Source of the DNA: a virus
Virus record (IMG/VR): IMGVR_UViG_3300048592_001371
Coordinates: 59,554 to 123,553 of that record
DNA length: 64,000 bases
Reading direction: 5' to 3' (one strand)
Notes under the pieces: generated by a model
What the model was told of the DNA's origin: nothing
What the model saw: only the letters and a program-made list of their open reading frames with translations
Databases searched by the model: none
Made by a program: the position numbers and the translations under genes
Part shown: piece by piece, positions 8,325 through 17,626 of the stretch
Position numbering within the stretch: position 1 is the first letter of the stretch
How the letters are laid out: each line of letters starts with the position of its first letter

Positions 8325-9647
8325 ATGCCTGTGACAAAGATTCGTGGTAATACACAGATCATCGACGGTACAATCTACGATGCGCAGATTGCAACAGCCG
8401 CCGCCATTCAGCTGACCAAGATCCAGAACGGAAGCAGCATTCTGCTGGCAACGGGTACTGTTGCTATGACGGCGGATTTCAACGTCGGTGGTAATAATAT
8501 CATCAACGTCGCAGCCCCGATAAACCCGAACGACGCAGCCAACAAAGCTTACGTCGATGCGGCCATTACCGGACTGGATCTGAAACAGTCTGTCCGGGTA
8601 GCCTCTCCGGGTGGCAACGTCAACATCTCCGCGCCGGGTGCGACAATCGACGGCATCACAATGACTGTTGGAGATCGCGTTCTGTTGAAGGACCAGACAA
8701 TTGCTTCCGAGAATGGCTTGTGGGAGTGGACAGGTGCTGCTTCCGCAATGACCAGAACACTGGATGCGGATAACAATGCCGAGGTGAATACGGGCTTGTT
8801 CGTCTTCGTCGAAGAAGGTAGCGTGAACGGGGCAACGGGCTGGGCTCTGACCACTCCGAATCCAATCAACATCGGCGTTACCAACCTTACCTTCACGCAG
8901 TTCAGTGGTAGCGGTTCCTACACGTCAGGTGACGGATTGACCCTGGTCGGAAACCAGTTCTCCGCGGTGGCTGCAGACGCGACGATTGTCGTTAGCCCCT
9001 CGGGCATTCGTTTCCGGACAGTGACTTCTGGCGACATCATCGTAGGTAATGCGTCCAACGTCGCTACCCCAGTGACGATGAGTGGTGATGCAACGATTAC
9101 CAATACGGGCGTGCTTGCTATCAGCAATAACGTCATCACTCCGGCGAAGCTGACGCGTCAGACCTCAGGGCAACTGTTGTTTGGTCAAGGTGCCGGTGCT
9201 GATCTGGCCTGGGCCTCGATGAGCGGCGATGCAACGATTACCAATGCTGGTCTGATAACGATTGGCAACAACGTCATCACAGCAGCCAAGATGGCGCGCC
9301 AGCCTACCGGGTCAATCGCTATCGGTCAAGGTGCCGGTACAGACCTGGCATGGCAGACAGTGAGCGGAGACGCTACTCTGAGCGCAGCGGGTGTTCTGAC
9401 TATCAACGCGGGTACGTTCCTGAACGCACACCAGGTCAAGAACGAGACGCCGTCTGGTACGGTCAACGGCGTGAACGTGACCTTTGTCTTGGCGAATACT
9501 CCCCTGTCCGGAACACTTACCCTGTACCTGAACGGCCTGGAGCAAGAAGGCGGTGCTGGCAACGACTACACCATCTCCGGTGCCACGATTACCTTCACCA
9601 ATGCTCCGGTGTCTGGCGACAAAGTTCGCGCTGACTACTGGTACTAA
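8325..9647 (+). CDS. Tail/whisker fibre protein with 47-aa repeats
   Basis: DAANKAYVD and GDRVLLKDQT...ENGLW fibre motifs, plus SGDAT repeats. Confidence 0.75.
   Translation: MPVTKIRGNTQIIDGTIYDAQIATAAAIQLTKIQNGSSILLATGTVAMTADFNVGGNNIINVAAPINPNDAANKAYVDAAITGLDLKQSVRVASPGGNVNISAPGATIDGITMTVGDRVLLKDQTIASENGLWEWTGAASAMTRTLDADNNAEVNTGLFVFVEEGSVNGATGWALTTPNPINIGVTNLTFTQFSGSGSYTSGDGLTLVGNQFSAVAADATIVVSPSGIRFRTVTSGDIIVGNASNVATPVTMSGDATITNTGVLAISNNVITPAKLTRQTSGQLLFGQGAGADLAWASMSGDATITNAGLITIGNNVITAAKMARQPTGSIAIGQGAGTDLAWQTVSGDATLSAAGVLTINAGTFLNAHQVKNETPSGTVNGVNVTFVLANTPLSGTLTLYLNGLEQEGGAGNDYTISGATITFTNAPVSGDKVRADYWY
9078..9410 (+). repeat. 141-bp (47-aa) in-frame tandem repeat, about 2.4 copies
   Basis: [M/V]SGDAT begins at 9078, 9219 and 9360. 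The NNVIT.AK..RQ..G....GQGAG.DLAW unit occurs twice. Confidence 0.85.
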
Positions 9648-9673
9648 GCAACGATCTAACCTAGGATTGGTAT

Positions 9674-10198
9674 ATGATCAAGATCGACTATGAGTATAAG
9701 GGTGAGAGGATGGAGAAGCTCCTGCAAGAGGCCGGGGTTTCTCTTACACCCATAGACGGGGAATGGTTTGCCGCCGATGAGAAAGCGGCTACGGCTCAGC
9801 AAATCTGCACGTCCTATCCTCTCGACGCCTACAAGGCCGAAGTGATAGACGCTATTTTGGCGCACGGTGCCGCGATACGTGGACAATTCATTACGCGTTC
9901 TCCACAAGAGATGGCTTCCTGGTCTGTGAAGTATCAAATGGCATTAGAAGTACAAGCCGGTAGGCCGGAAAATGCCGCGGGATTAGCCGCGGAAGCTCAG
10001 ATAAGAGGGGTGGCCCTGGAAGACATGGTGAACAGGGTACTGAACAACGCTGTTCAGTATCTGGGCTTCGAAGCATTCGTTTCTGGCATGGAAGGAAAGT
10101 TTAAGGACATGGCTCTGCAATCGGCCACTCCATCTCTAGTAGGTGCGATTCCTTGGGAATTCGATTGGACTACCTTGCTACCGAAGACAGGAGGCTGA
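9674..10198 (+). CDS. Tail fibre assembly/chaperone-like protein
   Basis: SPQEMASWSVK...A, LAAEAQIRG motif; follows a fibre gene. Confidence 0.6.
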   Translation: MIKIDYEYKGERMEKLLQEAGVSLTPIDGEWFAADEKAATAQQICTSYPLDAYKAEVIDAILAHGAAIRGQFITRSPQEMASWSVKYQMALEVQAGRPENAAGLAAEAQIRGVALEDMVNRVLNNAVQYLGFEAFVSGMEGKFKDMALQSATPSLVGAIPWEFDWTTLLPKTGG

Positions 10199-10199
10199 C

Positions 10200-11192
10200 A
10201 TGCCAGTAACCGGTCTTCGTATCAGTCAAGTATCGGAAGCATTGCGCGATGGATCAGGCACTTGCGAAATAGGCGCTACCCCCGTCATTCGGACGATTGG
10301 AGGTTTGCCGAAAGCAGATTGGTCCCAATCCTCTGTGGAAGGACTAATGCTTCCGAGAGGAACGACAGCGCAAAGGCCAACCACCGACAGACCTCTGGTC
10401 CGTCACAATCAGGATACGGGCCTACCGGAATTGTACCTCCCACAAGCCGAGGTCTGGGTTCCTTTGCAAGGCCGGCATAGTTACAAGAATATCGTTTCCT
10501 CGTACATCGAGGATGATTTTCTAGGAGCTGTATTCAGCGGTTCTATGGGTTGGGTAGGGAATACGTCTGGCGGGGGCGGTGCCGCGGCAGGTCTAGATGC
10601 GGCTTGGCCTACTACCGATAGGAATTTTGTGGGGGCGGCGCGTCTCTACACGGGAACTAACTCGTCGGGCCAGGCACGTATGCAGTTGGGGCGTACTTAC
10701 CTGCCGCGCGTGAATGTGTCGGGAGTAGCGAGTACGTTCATAATGTTTGGGATGTTTGGACGTATCAACATCCCTGTGCTGAGTACCGCAGCCCAGCGTT
10801 TCTCTGTCAAATTTGGACTTACCCAGAACACGTTTCCAATAGGGACAACGAATGATCGCTTGATGTTGACGTATGACGATTCGGTCAATGGTGGTAGGTG
10901 GCAGGCCGAAAACTATCTTTCCTCCTTATCAAGCGCGGATACTGGAGTAGCCGTTACTACGGAGTCACATACTCTGGGAGTGGTCTACGTGTCGGACTAC
11001 ACTACGGGCTCTCTCGTTGAGACCGTTCACTATTATGTGGATTCAGACTCGCCGGTTGCCTCGATTGCCACTCAGATTCCGTTTGGAACATTACTTCGGC
11101 CCTGTGTCTACATGGCAAAATCGGTGGGTAATACGGCTAGAGCGACGTATATCGACTACACGGCTATTGAGACCGTCGGCATGAGGGATTGA
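10200..11192 (+). CDS. Putative fibre or receptor-binding protein
   Basis: GGAGG RBS before ATG 10200. LPRGTTAQRP..VRHN fibre motif, then a beta-rich (lectin-like) C-terminal region. Confidence 0.6.
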   Translation: MPVTGLRISQVSEALRDGSGTCEIGATPVIRTIGGLPKADWSQSSVEGLMLPRGTTAQRPTTDRPLVRHNQDTGLPELYLPQAEVWVPLQGRHSYKNIVSSYIEDDFLGAVFSGSMGWVGNTSGGGGAAAGLDAAWPTTDRNFVGAARLYTGTNSSGQARMQLGRTYLPRVNVSGVASTFIMFGMFGRINIPVLSTAAQRFSVKFGLTQNTFPIGTTNDRLMLTYDDSVNGGRWQAENYLSSLSSADTGVAVTTESHTLGVVYVSDYTTGSLVETVHYYVDSDSPVASIATQIPFGTLLRPCVYMAKSVGNTARATYIDYTAIETVGMRD

Positions 11193-11562
11193 CCACGACG
11201 CTAGCGCTACTGTCAAAATCGTGTGTGCCGTATTCGGAGATCGCTTGGCGAGCGCTTATCTTGGTATTCGCTAGCCAGACAGTGATTCCATCTGCAGATT
11301 CGAAATAGCAGTAGAACAGGTCGTTGACGACAAGCTCCCCGAACAAGAGATGTTCGTATTTGTCCGTATCAACTACCCAAGCGCGGTGTTCAGGAAGAAT
11401 GTTGAATTCTGGTCCTCCAATTACCCGAGCCCGCCTTTCCTCTTTCTTGAAGCAACGAGAAAAGACAGGATACGCAATACCCAGGTATTGATTAGACCAG
11501 CAGTAAAACTCATGATTGAGAGGGACATCTGAAAAGGGCAGAATCTTAAGGCGCGGTTCCAT
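11164..11562 (-). CDS. Hypothetical protein with internal duplication
   Basis: GGAG RBS before ATG 11562. Two similar units: LPFSDVPLNHEFYC and LLFGELVVNDLFYC. Confidence 0.6.
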   Translation of the reverse strand: MEPRLKILPFSDVPLNHEFYCWSNQYLGIAYPVFSRCFKKEERRARVIGGPEFNILPEHRAWVVDTDKYEHLLFGELVVNDLFYCYFESADGITVWLANTKISARQAISEYGTHDFDSSASVVVNPSCRRSQ

Positions 11563-11573
11563 AGGGGACTCCA

Positions 11574-12008
11574 ATGTTCGTCAGCACTGCAAAATACATT
11601 TACACTCTCGAGAGCGATTTTTCCTACGCTACCGGGATACCCATCCCGCGTCCCTTCATGTTCGGGACATCTTCGCGTAACTGGTTGTCGATCAGCGAAG
11701 AGGGCGTTATCTCCATCTCGGTTGGGTATTCCTGGGACGGGTGTAGTCCGAAATTTCGTCTACTCTGGTCGAAGTACGTCTTCGGAGCATCGGACGGGGC
11801 TATCAAACCGGAAACAGGCAAGCCTCAATGCTACTACGGATCGCTGGTTCACGACGCGTGTTATCAGTTCATGGATGCGGCCTTCCCGTATAACCGGAAG
11901 CAGGTAGACGGCTTCTTCTACGATCTGATAAAGCGCGACGGCTTCAAGTACGCTACTGAGTATTACAAGATAGTCCGGGCTGTCGGTGGAGTCTGGCACA
12001 AACTATAA
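11574..12008 (+). CDS. DUF1353-like protein
   Basis: Motifs YSWDGCSP, SLVHDACY and RKQVDGFF. Confidence 0.7.
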   Translation: MFVSTAKYIYTLESDFSYATGIPIPRPFMFGTSSRNWLSISEEGVISISVGYSWDGCSPKFRLLWSKYVFGASDGAIKPETGKPQCYYGSLVHDACYQFMDAAFPYNRKQVDGFFYDLIKRDGFKYATEYYKIVRAVGGVWHKL

Positions 12009-12017
12009 GGAACAGAA

Positions 12018-12449
12018 ATGGCATCAAAGATCAAGGTACTCGCGGCACCTGTGAATTTCGACAAGTACGTCGCACAGTTCATGTATCGCTTTCCTGGACT
12101 GCAGAAGATGAACAGCTCCTACGGCCGGTGCAAGCTAGTGTCGTACGAGTTGGCGAAATTCCTGCGGGAGCACGGAGTCAAGGCTTTCATCTATCACCTT
12201 GAAGGTATTAAGCCGGGTACGTATCCGAATCCGCACAAGGACTACCAAGAGAAGAAACCTTCAGATTGGTCGCACTACATCGTCAAGGTTGGCAACAAAG
12301 GAATTGATCTGACGGCCAAGCAGTTTGACAAGTCGGCCTCGGTACCACTTGTTGCTCCCATCAGCGAGTTCAAAGCGAAGTGGGAGAAATGCTCACGCGA
12401 CGACTTCATGAACAAATTTCTGGAGGACGCGCTGAGGGCGCGTATCTGA
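12018..12449 (+). CDS. Papain/transglutaminase-like fold protein (putative Cys-His-Asp triad)
   Basis: GRC at a helix start, then SHYIV and IDLTAKQF. Confidence 0.5.
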   Translation: MASKIKVLAAPVNFDKYVAQFMYRFPGLQKMNSSYGRCKLVSYELAKFLREHGVKAFIYHLEGIKPGTYPNPHKDYQEKKPSDWSHYIVKVGNKGIDLTAKQFDKSASVPLVAPISEFKAKWEKCSRDDFMNKFLEDALRARI

Positions 12450-12450
12450 C

Positions 12451-12855
12451 ATGGACACTATAGTCATTCTTCTGAAAGGTATAGATACGCTGGCCGTCAT
12501 CCTAGCCCTTCTTGTTTTGTCTTTCGGCATTCTGGCGTGGCGCTCCACCCGCAATAAGGAGCAGCGTTTCGACTTCGAGGAGCTATTCCTTGACGAGGTT
12601 GGACGCACTTCCCTATACAAGCTTGGTCAGTTCATAGCCCTGTGCTTTTCGACGTGGGGTTTTGTCTATCTGACGCTGGCGTACAAATTGTCGGAATGGT
12701 ACTTCACTGCATACATGGTTGCCTGGGCGGGTGCGAACGTAGCTAACAAGTACATAGAAACGAGGAAGTCGGTGACTCCCATTCCTGACATGAAGAAACC
12801 GGAAGAGAAGAAGGCGGTCAAGGTCAGCGGAACCAAAGACGACGAAGACGATTGA
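12451..12855 (+). CDS. Holin-like membrane protein
   Basis: Three hydrophobic segments and a highly charged C-terminal tail. Confidence 0.6.
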   Translation: MDTIVILLKGIDTLAVILALLVLSFGILAWRSTRNKEQRFDFEELFLDEVGRTSLYKLGQFIALCFSTWGFVYLTLAYKLSEWYFTAYMVAWAGANVANKYIETRKSVTPIPDMKKPEEKKAVKVSGTKDDEDD

Positions 12856-13840
12856 CAACGGCTATAGGCAGGTCGACGGGGTCTATCTTCTTGAAGGGAG
12901 TCTTGCCTTTCTTGATACGGGCCTTGTTCATCCGTTCTTCGATCGCCTTCATGTTTATACTCTTCACTTCCAGCAACCCAGCGCAGGATCGTTTGATTTT
13001 GCGCTGGGCCTTCCTCCCGGCCTCGTCCGAGTCCATCATCAAAACAACGCTCTCGATCCCTATCGCAATCAGCAGGTCGCGCTTCTTCTCGTCCCAATTG
13101 TGTGTCCCTAGAATGGCCACGGCAGGCAGTCCACACGCTATGAGCCGTAGCGCGTCACGGGCCCCTTCCACAATGATGATGCGACGATATTTCCTGGCCT
13201 GTTTCCGAACATGATCTAGCGGGAATAGTCCCTTCTCACGGGCCCAGACGCCCGATGAATTGACATAGGCAAGTATGTCCTTGGTTGGCGGACGTTCCAT
13301 CAGGGCTTTGATGCCTCCAACCATACACTTGTTCACAACGATAGGCAGAAAGACCACTTCATCCTGCGTCTTGGAATCGAGTGCCAGTTGGGCACCTATC
13401 TTGGACAACAGTTGTCCAGGTATGGATCGCCAGTCCATGTGCGTCGGCCAGGACACTACAAATTCCAGACCGAGGTCATCTGTAATGGCGTCGAACGACT
13501 GGGCAATATCGTCCGGTTCAAGCAAATTCTTGTCGATGTCCCGACCATGAAACTCGGTGACTTGATCGTTGCGACCGTTCACCTTCATCAGGCCGAACGC
13601 GTCGGCAAGCTCGTTCCACTTCCCGTGTTTCGTACACCCGAAACAGTAAAATGATCCTATAGGGCGCTTGCTCTTGGGGTCGAGATTGATGATGAGCGAC
13701 GGATCGCTGTCTTTATGGAACGGACAGACAATCATTATCCCGGAAGCGTTCCCCTTCTTGGCTCCGCGAATCCGAGTTACTTCCTGTTCAATAATACGGT
13801 GTGACTCTGAGACGTGGCTACCACGACCGAAAGCGTACAA
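12824..13840 (-). CDS. dnaG: DNA primase (CHC2 zinc finger + TOPRIM)
   Basis: CPFHKDSDPS...YCFGC, IIVEGARDAL, ILGT and MMDSDEAG. Likely TTG start at 13840 after CAGGAG. Confidence 0.88.
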   Translation of the reverse strand: MYAFGRGSHVSESHRIIEQEVTRIRGAKKGNASGIMIVCPFHKDSDPSLIINLDPKSKRPIGSFYCFGCTKHGKWNELADAFGLMKVNGRNDQVTEFHGRDIDKNLLEPDDIAQSFDAITDDLGLEFVVSWPTHMDWRSIPGQLLSKIGAQLALDSKTQDEVVFLPIVVNKCMVGGIKALMERPPTKDILAYVNSSGVWAREKGLFPLDHVRKQARKYRRIIIVEGARDALRLIACGLPAVAILGTHNWDEKKRDLLIAIGIESVVLMMDSDEAGRKAQRKIKRSCAGLLEVKSINMKAIEERMNKARIKKGKTPFKKIDPVDLPIAVVNRLRRLWFR

Positions 13841-13876
13841 GGCGTACTCCTGTTTTTTGACAAGATACTTTACAAG

Positions 13877-14533
13877 ATGAAACCCAAGAAAGAACACTAC
13901 GAACGATTGAGGTACTACCTGGCGAATCGTGTGTATTCACCACGGTCCATGTCCAACATCGACATAGATTTGCTGAATTACGGGTGGATACTGCCGTCTA
14001 CCCAACCCGGAATCAAAGGTTTTTTGGCTTCCCCGGTCGGTATCCAGGCATTCAAAGAACTACGCCGGAAGCAATCGACCAAGTTTGATACCCATAACAC
14101 GTTAGCGTCCCGTCTGGCACAGTATCTTCAAGCCCGGAACAGGATCACCTACGAGAACATAGAGCTAAAGGCTGAGTATGAAGGACGTATTAGACCATGC
14201 CGGCCTGACGTCTTTTCCCTGATGTGCACGTACAAGGCTACCAAGTTGCACCCTTTCATCCACGAAGTGAAGGTGTCGCGAGCAGATTTTCTGAACGAAG
14301 TGAAGAACGGGAAGAAACTCTATCTGTACTCGCAGTTAGCCGAACGGGTTTTCTTCGTTACGCCTGCGGACTTGGTAACGAAACAGGAAATACCGGAAGA
14401 CTTGGGGTTGATCTACGAGACGAAGCCAAACACATTCCGACTTGTCAAAAGAGCCGTTCAGAACAAAGTTCCTAGGTATCGTACTGCGATGTGGATGAGA
14501 TTGGTACTGAAGAAAGGAAGTACTGCTAGATAG
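13877..14533 (+). CDS. MmcB-like PD-(D/E)XK nuclease
   Basis: RPDVF...IHEVKVSRADFL.E, FFVTP and EIPEDLGL. Confidence 0.75.
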   Translation: MKPKKEHYERLRYYLANRVYSPRSMSNIDIDLLNYGWILPSTQPGIKGFLASPVGIQAFKELRRKQSTKFDTHNTLASRLAQYLQARNRITYENIELKAEYEGRIRPCRPDVFSLMCTYKATKLHPFIHEVKVSRADFLNEVKNGKKLYLYSQLAERVFFVTPADLVTKQEIPEDLGLIYETKPNTFRLVKRAVQNKVPRYRTAMWMRLVLKKGSTAR

Positions 14534-15212
14534 GGATTCAAAACCAACAGCCTGAATTGTTCATTTGTCCCACAGAGTTTTTTGTTCCTTCAATGTACTT
14601 CTTGTACTTCTCTCTGTGTTAAGCCTTGTCACGTCATTCCATTTCATTCCATGACGGTTTCTACTTCGTAGAATTTTTCCTTCTGTCCATTGTCATGTTC
14701 ATCATCTGGAACCTTTTGGTTCCTAGGAACCTTTTCGTTCCTTCGGTCCATCGGTTTCTTAAATTCTCTGAATTACTTTACAATGAAATCACGGGTATCG
14801 ACCACTCCGTTTTACTCTTTACCACTCTTTACCGCTTATACACCCAAATACCCACTCTTTTTGCAATATACCGCTGTACTGCCAATATTTATTTTCCGGT
14901 GACTCCCAATGACGCATAACTCTTTGATGTTCCGAGAATTTGTGTGCCGAGCAGTAAAAATTGGTAGGAATTGGTAAAATCCGAGAATGCATCCGTTCGG
15001 TGGCTGACAGACGGGTTTTCGGAAGGCACACAAATTGCATAAAAAAGTCTTGAGAACTCAATATGTTCCGTGTGCGGAAAAAGAGTTATGACAAAAATAG
15101 GGTGTCAGAAACGACCGTGTCTCGTGTCTGCGTCAAATCCTTTCCTGTCTTCCATCTCCTTCGCGTGACGCGTCTCTGTAAATAGAAAGAACACACGCGT
15201 CCAGAGGCACCT
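14534..15212. other. Largest non-coding region: AT-rich, pyrimidine-skewed, many hairpins; candidate replication origin or ncRNA
   Basis: No credible ORF. Nested inverted repeats at 14915-14925/15080-15090 and 14937-14948/15025-15036, plus ACTCTTT repeats. Confidence 0.55.
15177..15184 (+). promoter_or_regulatory. TGTAAATA putative phage-sigma promoter
   Basis: Same 8-mer recurs shortly upstream of several replication genes. Confidence 0.6.
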
Positions 15213-16175
15213 ATGTTCGGAAAAGAATCGGTTCAGAAGGAATTCGCCCGCGCCTATCAGAAGGCCATGTCGGAAACCTTGGAGTTGCGCTTGTCTGATC
15301 TCACAGAGGAAGAGCAGAAGGAGTACTGGCACTACGACAAGAGATTCTCACCCTCCTCATTCCCGTTCTGTGGTTTGCGCCGTATCTACATGCGCCTCAT
15401 TGCTGAGGCCAATCCCTTGGTCTACGACAGTTTTTCCGGCGACTATTTCCGGAACGTAGGAATCGTTGCCCATACGGTACTTCAGCGCTGGTTGTCTCGG
15501 CAAGGAAGTTTCATAGGCGATTATGTCTGTCTGGACTGCAAGCACCGACATGAGTTCACTACCTGGCCCGGGAAGTGCAAGAAGTGCGGCTCAATACGAG
15601 TAGAGCACAAGGAATTGGGTGGGAAGTACGGCGGCCACATGGGTTGGAAAAGCGACCACGTATTCCAGACAAAGAAAGGGAAGCTCTACATTGTCGACTA
15701 CAAGACAACTACGTCCTATCAGATTGCAAATCACAAGAAGGACGGGAAGACGTTTCCTTACGTCGGCAATCGCATCCAGGCTGAATCCTACGTACCTTTA
15801 GCCGAGGATCGGTACAAACGAAAATTTGCGGGGTGCATCTTGGCCTACGCAGCACGGGACAATCCGATCTACAACATAGCTATCGTCACGATAGAGATGG
15901 ACGCCGAGAGAAAAGACGAGCTGCGTAAGCGCATGAAGAAGTGGCACAGACAGTTCGAGCTGGCCCTCGTGCCGACTGTCGAGAACGTGAAGATACTGCA
16001 TAAGCAAAAGCTCTGTTGCGACAAACAGTTCTACAAAGAGAACGTCGCCAATGCCTACAACCCGTGTCCGCTTTCCAAGGTTTGCTTCAAGCGCGAGAAG
16101 TTGGTTCTTGAGTTGAAAGCCGCGCTGAAGACGTATCGGAAGAATCAGTCACAGACTGTAAATAAAGCCAAGTAA
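15213..16175 (+). CDS. Cas4/AddB-like PD-(D/E)XK exonuclease with Cys clusters
   Basis: FSPSSFPFC, G...H, SD...IVDYKTT, Q..SY and C-terminal CC..CPLSKVC; inserted CxxC..CxxC. Confidence 0.75.
   Translation: MFGKESVQKEFARAYQKAMSETLELRLSDLTEEEQKEYWHYDKRFSPSSFPFCGLRRIYMRLIAEANPLVYDSFSGDYFRNVGIVAHTVLQRWLSRQGSFIGDYVCLDCKHRHEFTTWPGKCKKCGSIRVEHKELGGKYGGHMGWKSDHVFQTKKGKLYIVDYKTTTSYQIANHKKDGKTFPYVGNRIQAESYVPLAEDRYKRKFAGCILAYAARDNPIYNIAIVTIEMDAERKDELRKRMKKWHRQFELALVPTVENVKILHKQKLCCDKQFYKENVANAYNPCPLSKVCFKREKLVLELKAALKTYRKNQSQTVNKAK
16157..16164 (+). promoter_or_regulatory. TGTAAATA putative promoter upstream of queD
   Basis: Exact motif, 26 nt before the ATG. Confidence 0.55.
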
Positions 16176-16190
16176 CGTCAGGAGACAGAC

Positions 16191-16664
16191 ATGCCCGAAG
16201 GTTTCACAGTATCTTGTTCCATTTCACGCACGGTTGCCGAACGCTATCACGACATTAGCTGCGGACATCGCGTCTACGGACATGAATCAAAATGTGCCCA
16301 CTTGCACGGTCACAACTACCGCGTCCACTTCACGGTTGAGGCACCGGAGTTGGACCACGTTGGACGCGTGATGGACTTCTCGGTCATCAAGTCGCATCTT
16401 TGCATGTGGCTGGAAGACAATTGGGATCACAAATTCCTGATATGGGAAAACGACCCCGATGCGCTCACATTGCAGAGAATCGATCCCGAGGGCGTAGTGA
16501 TCGTTCCGTTCAACCCAACCGCTGAGAACATGGCCAAATATCTGGTTGATGACGTAGGTATTCGTCAATTGACCGCTACGGGTTGTAGGCTCGTCAAGGT
16601 TCGTATCGAGGAAACTGCGAAGTGCAGCGCGTCCTTTATGCGCGGAGAAGAGGTTCGCATATGA
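16191..16664 (+). CDS. queD: 6-carboxy-5,6,7,8-tetrahydropterin synthase
   Basis: GHRV..HESKCAHLHGHNY, MDF, DHKFL, PTAENMA and EET. Confidence 0.93.
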   Translation: MPEGFTVSCSISRTVAERYHDISCGHRVYGHESKCAHLHGHNYRVHFTVEAPELDHVGRVMDFSVIKSHLCMWLEDNWDHKFLIWENDPDALTLQRIDPEGVVIVPFNPTAENMAKYLVDDVGIRQLTATGCRLVKVRIEETAKCSASFMRGEEVRI

Positions 16665-17626
16665 GCATCAAGACAGGCGACTACGTCCTCGCAAGCATTG
16701 ACAACAAGAAGAAGCTTGTGCACGTGACAGGAGTAGGAGACGGGAAGTTCAACGGCGTTCTTGACCACAACCGGGCCTACGCTCCGGAGAACGTGAAGTA
16801 CAAGCTGTCGAGCGTTGTCGCCAACCTCGGTCCCGATCCCGCGCCCGGAGCCGCGTATGGATGCTTGATCGAACCGTATCGTCGTTCCTTCTCGTACAAG
16901 GACTGGGGTGATATCCATACGCATGTCAAGGCCGACAAAGCTATCCAGGAAGCCATTCGCGCCGGACTGGACAAGACATACGCCATTCTGAAAAAGTACA
17001 AACTCACGGGCTTCCTACCTATCGACATTGAGATTCGCCCCAAGAAGGGTGTTCATGCCGGATCATGGACAAGGTCGAAGAAGGACAAGCGCTCCTTGAT
17101 GATCCTTCGGTCGCGGGAGGATTGCATTGCGATGTATCCACAGCTTGTGATGCACGAAGCGGCACACGGGATTTGGTACAACTGTGTCCCACTAGCCTAC
17201 AAGGCGAAGTGGATCAAGCTCTATCACAGCTACTTGCGCTTCTCCAACATCACCGTCAAGGATCTCGAATCCATCAAAGACAGTTTCTTCGATCAACCGC
17301 AGCCCGTGAGAGAATTCCAGGGACAACTTGAGGAAGAGGACGCCTTCTTGTTCAAGAAGGTACTGGATTGGATCAAAGACAATCACCGCATGACGACGAG
17401 GCACCTTGACGAAATCGTGCTGTCCGGGGAAACAGAATTTCTGGAGAAGCTCTGGCCTACTTACGAGATGCTCGTCACAGATTGCGAAGTTGTTATTTCC
17501 GACTACGCTCGCAAAAGCGTTGAGGAATTCTTCGCAGAAGCTGTGTCGTTTCATCTGATGTCCAAGATCAAACTGCCCAAGAAGATAGTCACGGCAGTAG
17601 AAAAGACGCTACAGGCAAGCAAATGA
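16661..17626 (+). CDS. Zincin-like metallopeptidase-domain protein
   Basis: VMHEAAHG (HExxH) and distal SDYA..SVEEFFAE. Confidence 0.65.
   Translation: MSIKTGDYVLASIDNKKKLVHVTGVGDGKFNGVLDHNRAYAPENVKYKLSSVVANLGPDPAPGAAYGCLIEPYRRSFSYKDWGDIHTHVKADKAIQEAIRAGLDKTYAILKKYKLTGFLPIDIEIRPKKGVHAGSWTRSKKDKRSLMILRSREDCIAMYPQLVMHEAAHGIWYNCVPLAYKAKWIKLYHSYLRFSNITVKDLESIKDSFFDQPQPVREFQGQLEEEDAFLFKKVLDWIKDNHRMTTRHLDEIVLSGETEFLEKLWPTYEMLVTDCEVVISDYARKSVEEFFAEAVSFHLMSKIKLPKKIVTAVEKTLQASK

Noticed and set aside
14790-14870. Short ACTCTTT/ACCACTC repeats near a Cas4-like gene, considered as a mini CRISPR array
   Set aside because: Repeats are 7-10 nt and irregular, with no 25-40 nt repeat-spacer periodicity and no other cas genes.
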